The notes under the pieces: model-generated
The model's database searches: none
What the model was told of the DNA's origin: nothing
The model's input: only the letters and a program-made list of their open reading frames with translations
Part shown: one piece after another, positions 63,201 to 64,000 of the stretch
Numbering within the stretch: the stretch's first letter is position 1
Layout of the letters: each line of letters opens with the position of its first letter
DNA from: Cenococcum geophilum
Taxonomy: Eukaryota
Direction of reading: 5' to 3'
DNA: 64,000 nucleotides
NCBI GenBank assembly: GCA_050273025.1
Contig: CP158635.1
Coordinates: 14,012,001 to 14,076,000 of the forward strand
Made by a program: the position numbers and the translations under genes

Positions 63201-64000
63201 TTAGCAAAGTATAGGTATAGCTTAATAAAATCCTCTTCCTCCTCTTCCTTTTCCTTATTAACACTTTCCTCTAGTAATTACTACTTGTAATTCCTTATAG
63301 CATATAGGCTACTATACTTACTATAGGTATATAGAAACTTGCAATCCTTACCTAGGTCATACTTCCCTCTATTAAAGCTATAATAGGTCCTTAAGATATT
63401 AGTGCTTACTTACGCGCGTTTTAAAATAGATGCGGATTTATAAGTACTAGGATTATAATAGATATCTAGGAAGTTACTAGAGATCTTTTAGTTAGCTAGC
63501 TCTAACTAGTTCTTTTAAATAACCATAGAGTAGTACTCTAAGGCTATAGTTATTAAAGGAGCAATTTAGTAGGTAGCAGATAGCCAGATAACTTAATTAT
63601 AAAAGATAAGCATTTAGGGAATAAGATCTACTAAAAGATTCTTATATATAACGATTAAAATCATTATATAGTTAAGGAAGCCCTCTACCCACACTTTAAT
63701 GGACGAGTAGTTCTTTATTATCCCTTCTTTCGGTCTTATAAAAAGGACGCTATTAATAATAAGGATATTATTCTAAGGCTTAAACCAGAGCTAGTATATC
63801 TAGAGGCAAGAGAGGTTATTAAGTAAGAAAGTACCCTAAAATACCTTAAGTATCTCTTTATTTAGGACGCCAGGGAGAAGGGTATTTAGAATATTGGCTA
63901 TAGATAGGAGCAACTTACCCAGTTTATTAATTAGGGTTAAGGATAACACTACTATAGCTAATCTCGCTGTTACTATAGCGAGGCTTAATATATAGAGTTT
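60300..64000 (-). mobile_element. Ngaro/DIRS-group tyrosine-recombinase retrotransposon, RIPped; 5' end beyond the window
   Basis: Minus strand RT: LPLGLIPKADKEWRRIYNLS (~62870-62810), TAPFLFNLFAEG, HYLD(D)F (~62480). Tyrosine recombinase: RLKRSKTD (~60870) and de-RIPped GHSFRKGAAQHA...IQQLGRWSSQAFQLYY (~60655-60545). Confidence 0.9.

Overview
Filamentous ascomycete genomic DNA (spliceosomal introns, Zn2Cys6 factor, pervasive RIP-type C>T/G>A mutation that turns CAA/CAG/TGG codons into stops). About 85% of the window is nested, RIP-inactivated transposons: Ty1/Copia elements, solo LTRs, a non-autonomous LTR element, a Helentron/HLE2-type RepHel Helitron, Tc1/IS630-like and Fot1/pogo DNA transposons, three LINE families, MITEs, and a Ngaro-type tyrosine-recombinase retrotransposon with split direct repeats. 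One ~9 kb unRIPped island (~20.7-29.7 kb) holds four intact genes: an FAD monooxygenase fused to an acetoacetate-decarboxylase-like domain, a cupin, a C2H2+Zn2Cys6 transcription factor and a classical SDR. It looks like a self-regulated catabolic or detoxification module with no backbone synthase. The most unusual mobile-DNA signals are a solo 329-bp Ngaro A-B terminal unit integrated at a GA core, an amplified ORF1-only LINE derivative, a SINE-like element sharing only the LINE 3' end, and LINE insertions carrying foreign 5' sequence inside their TSDs. All calls are by eye with no database search; the boundaries of RIPped ORFs are approximate.
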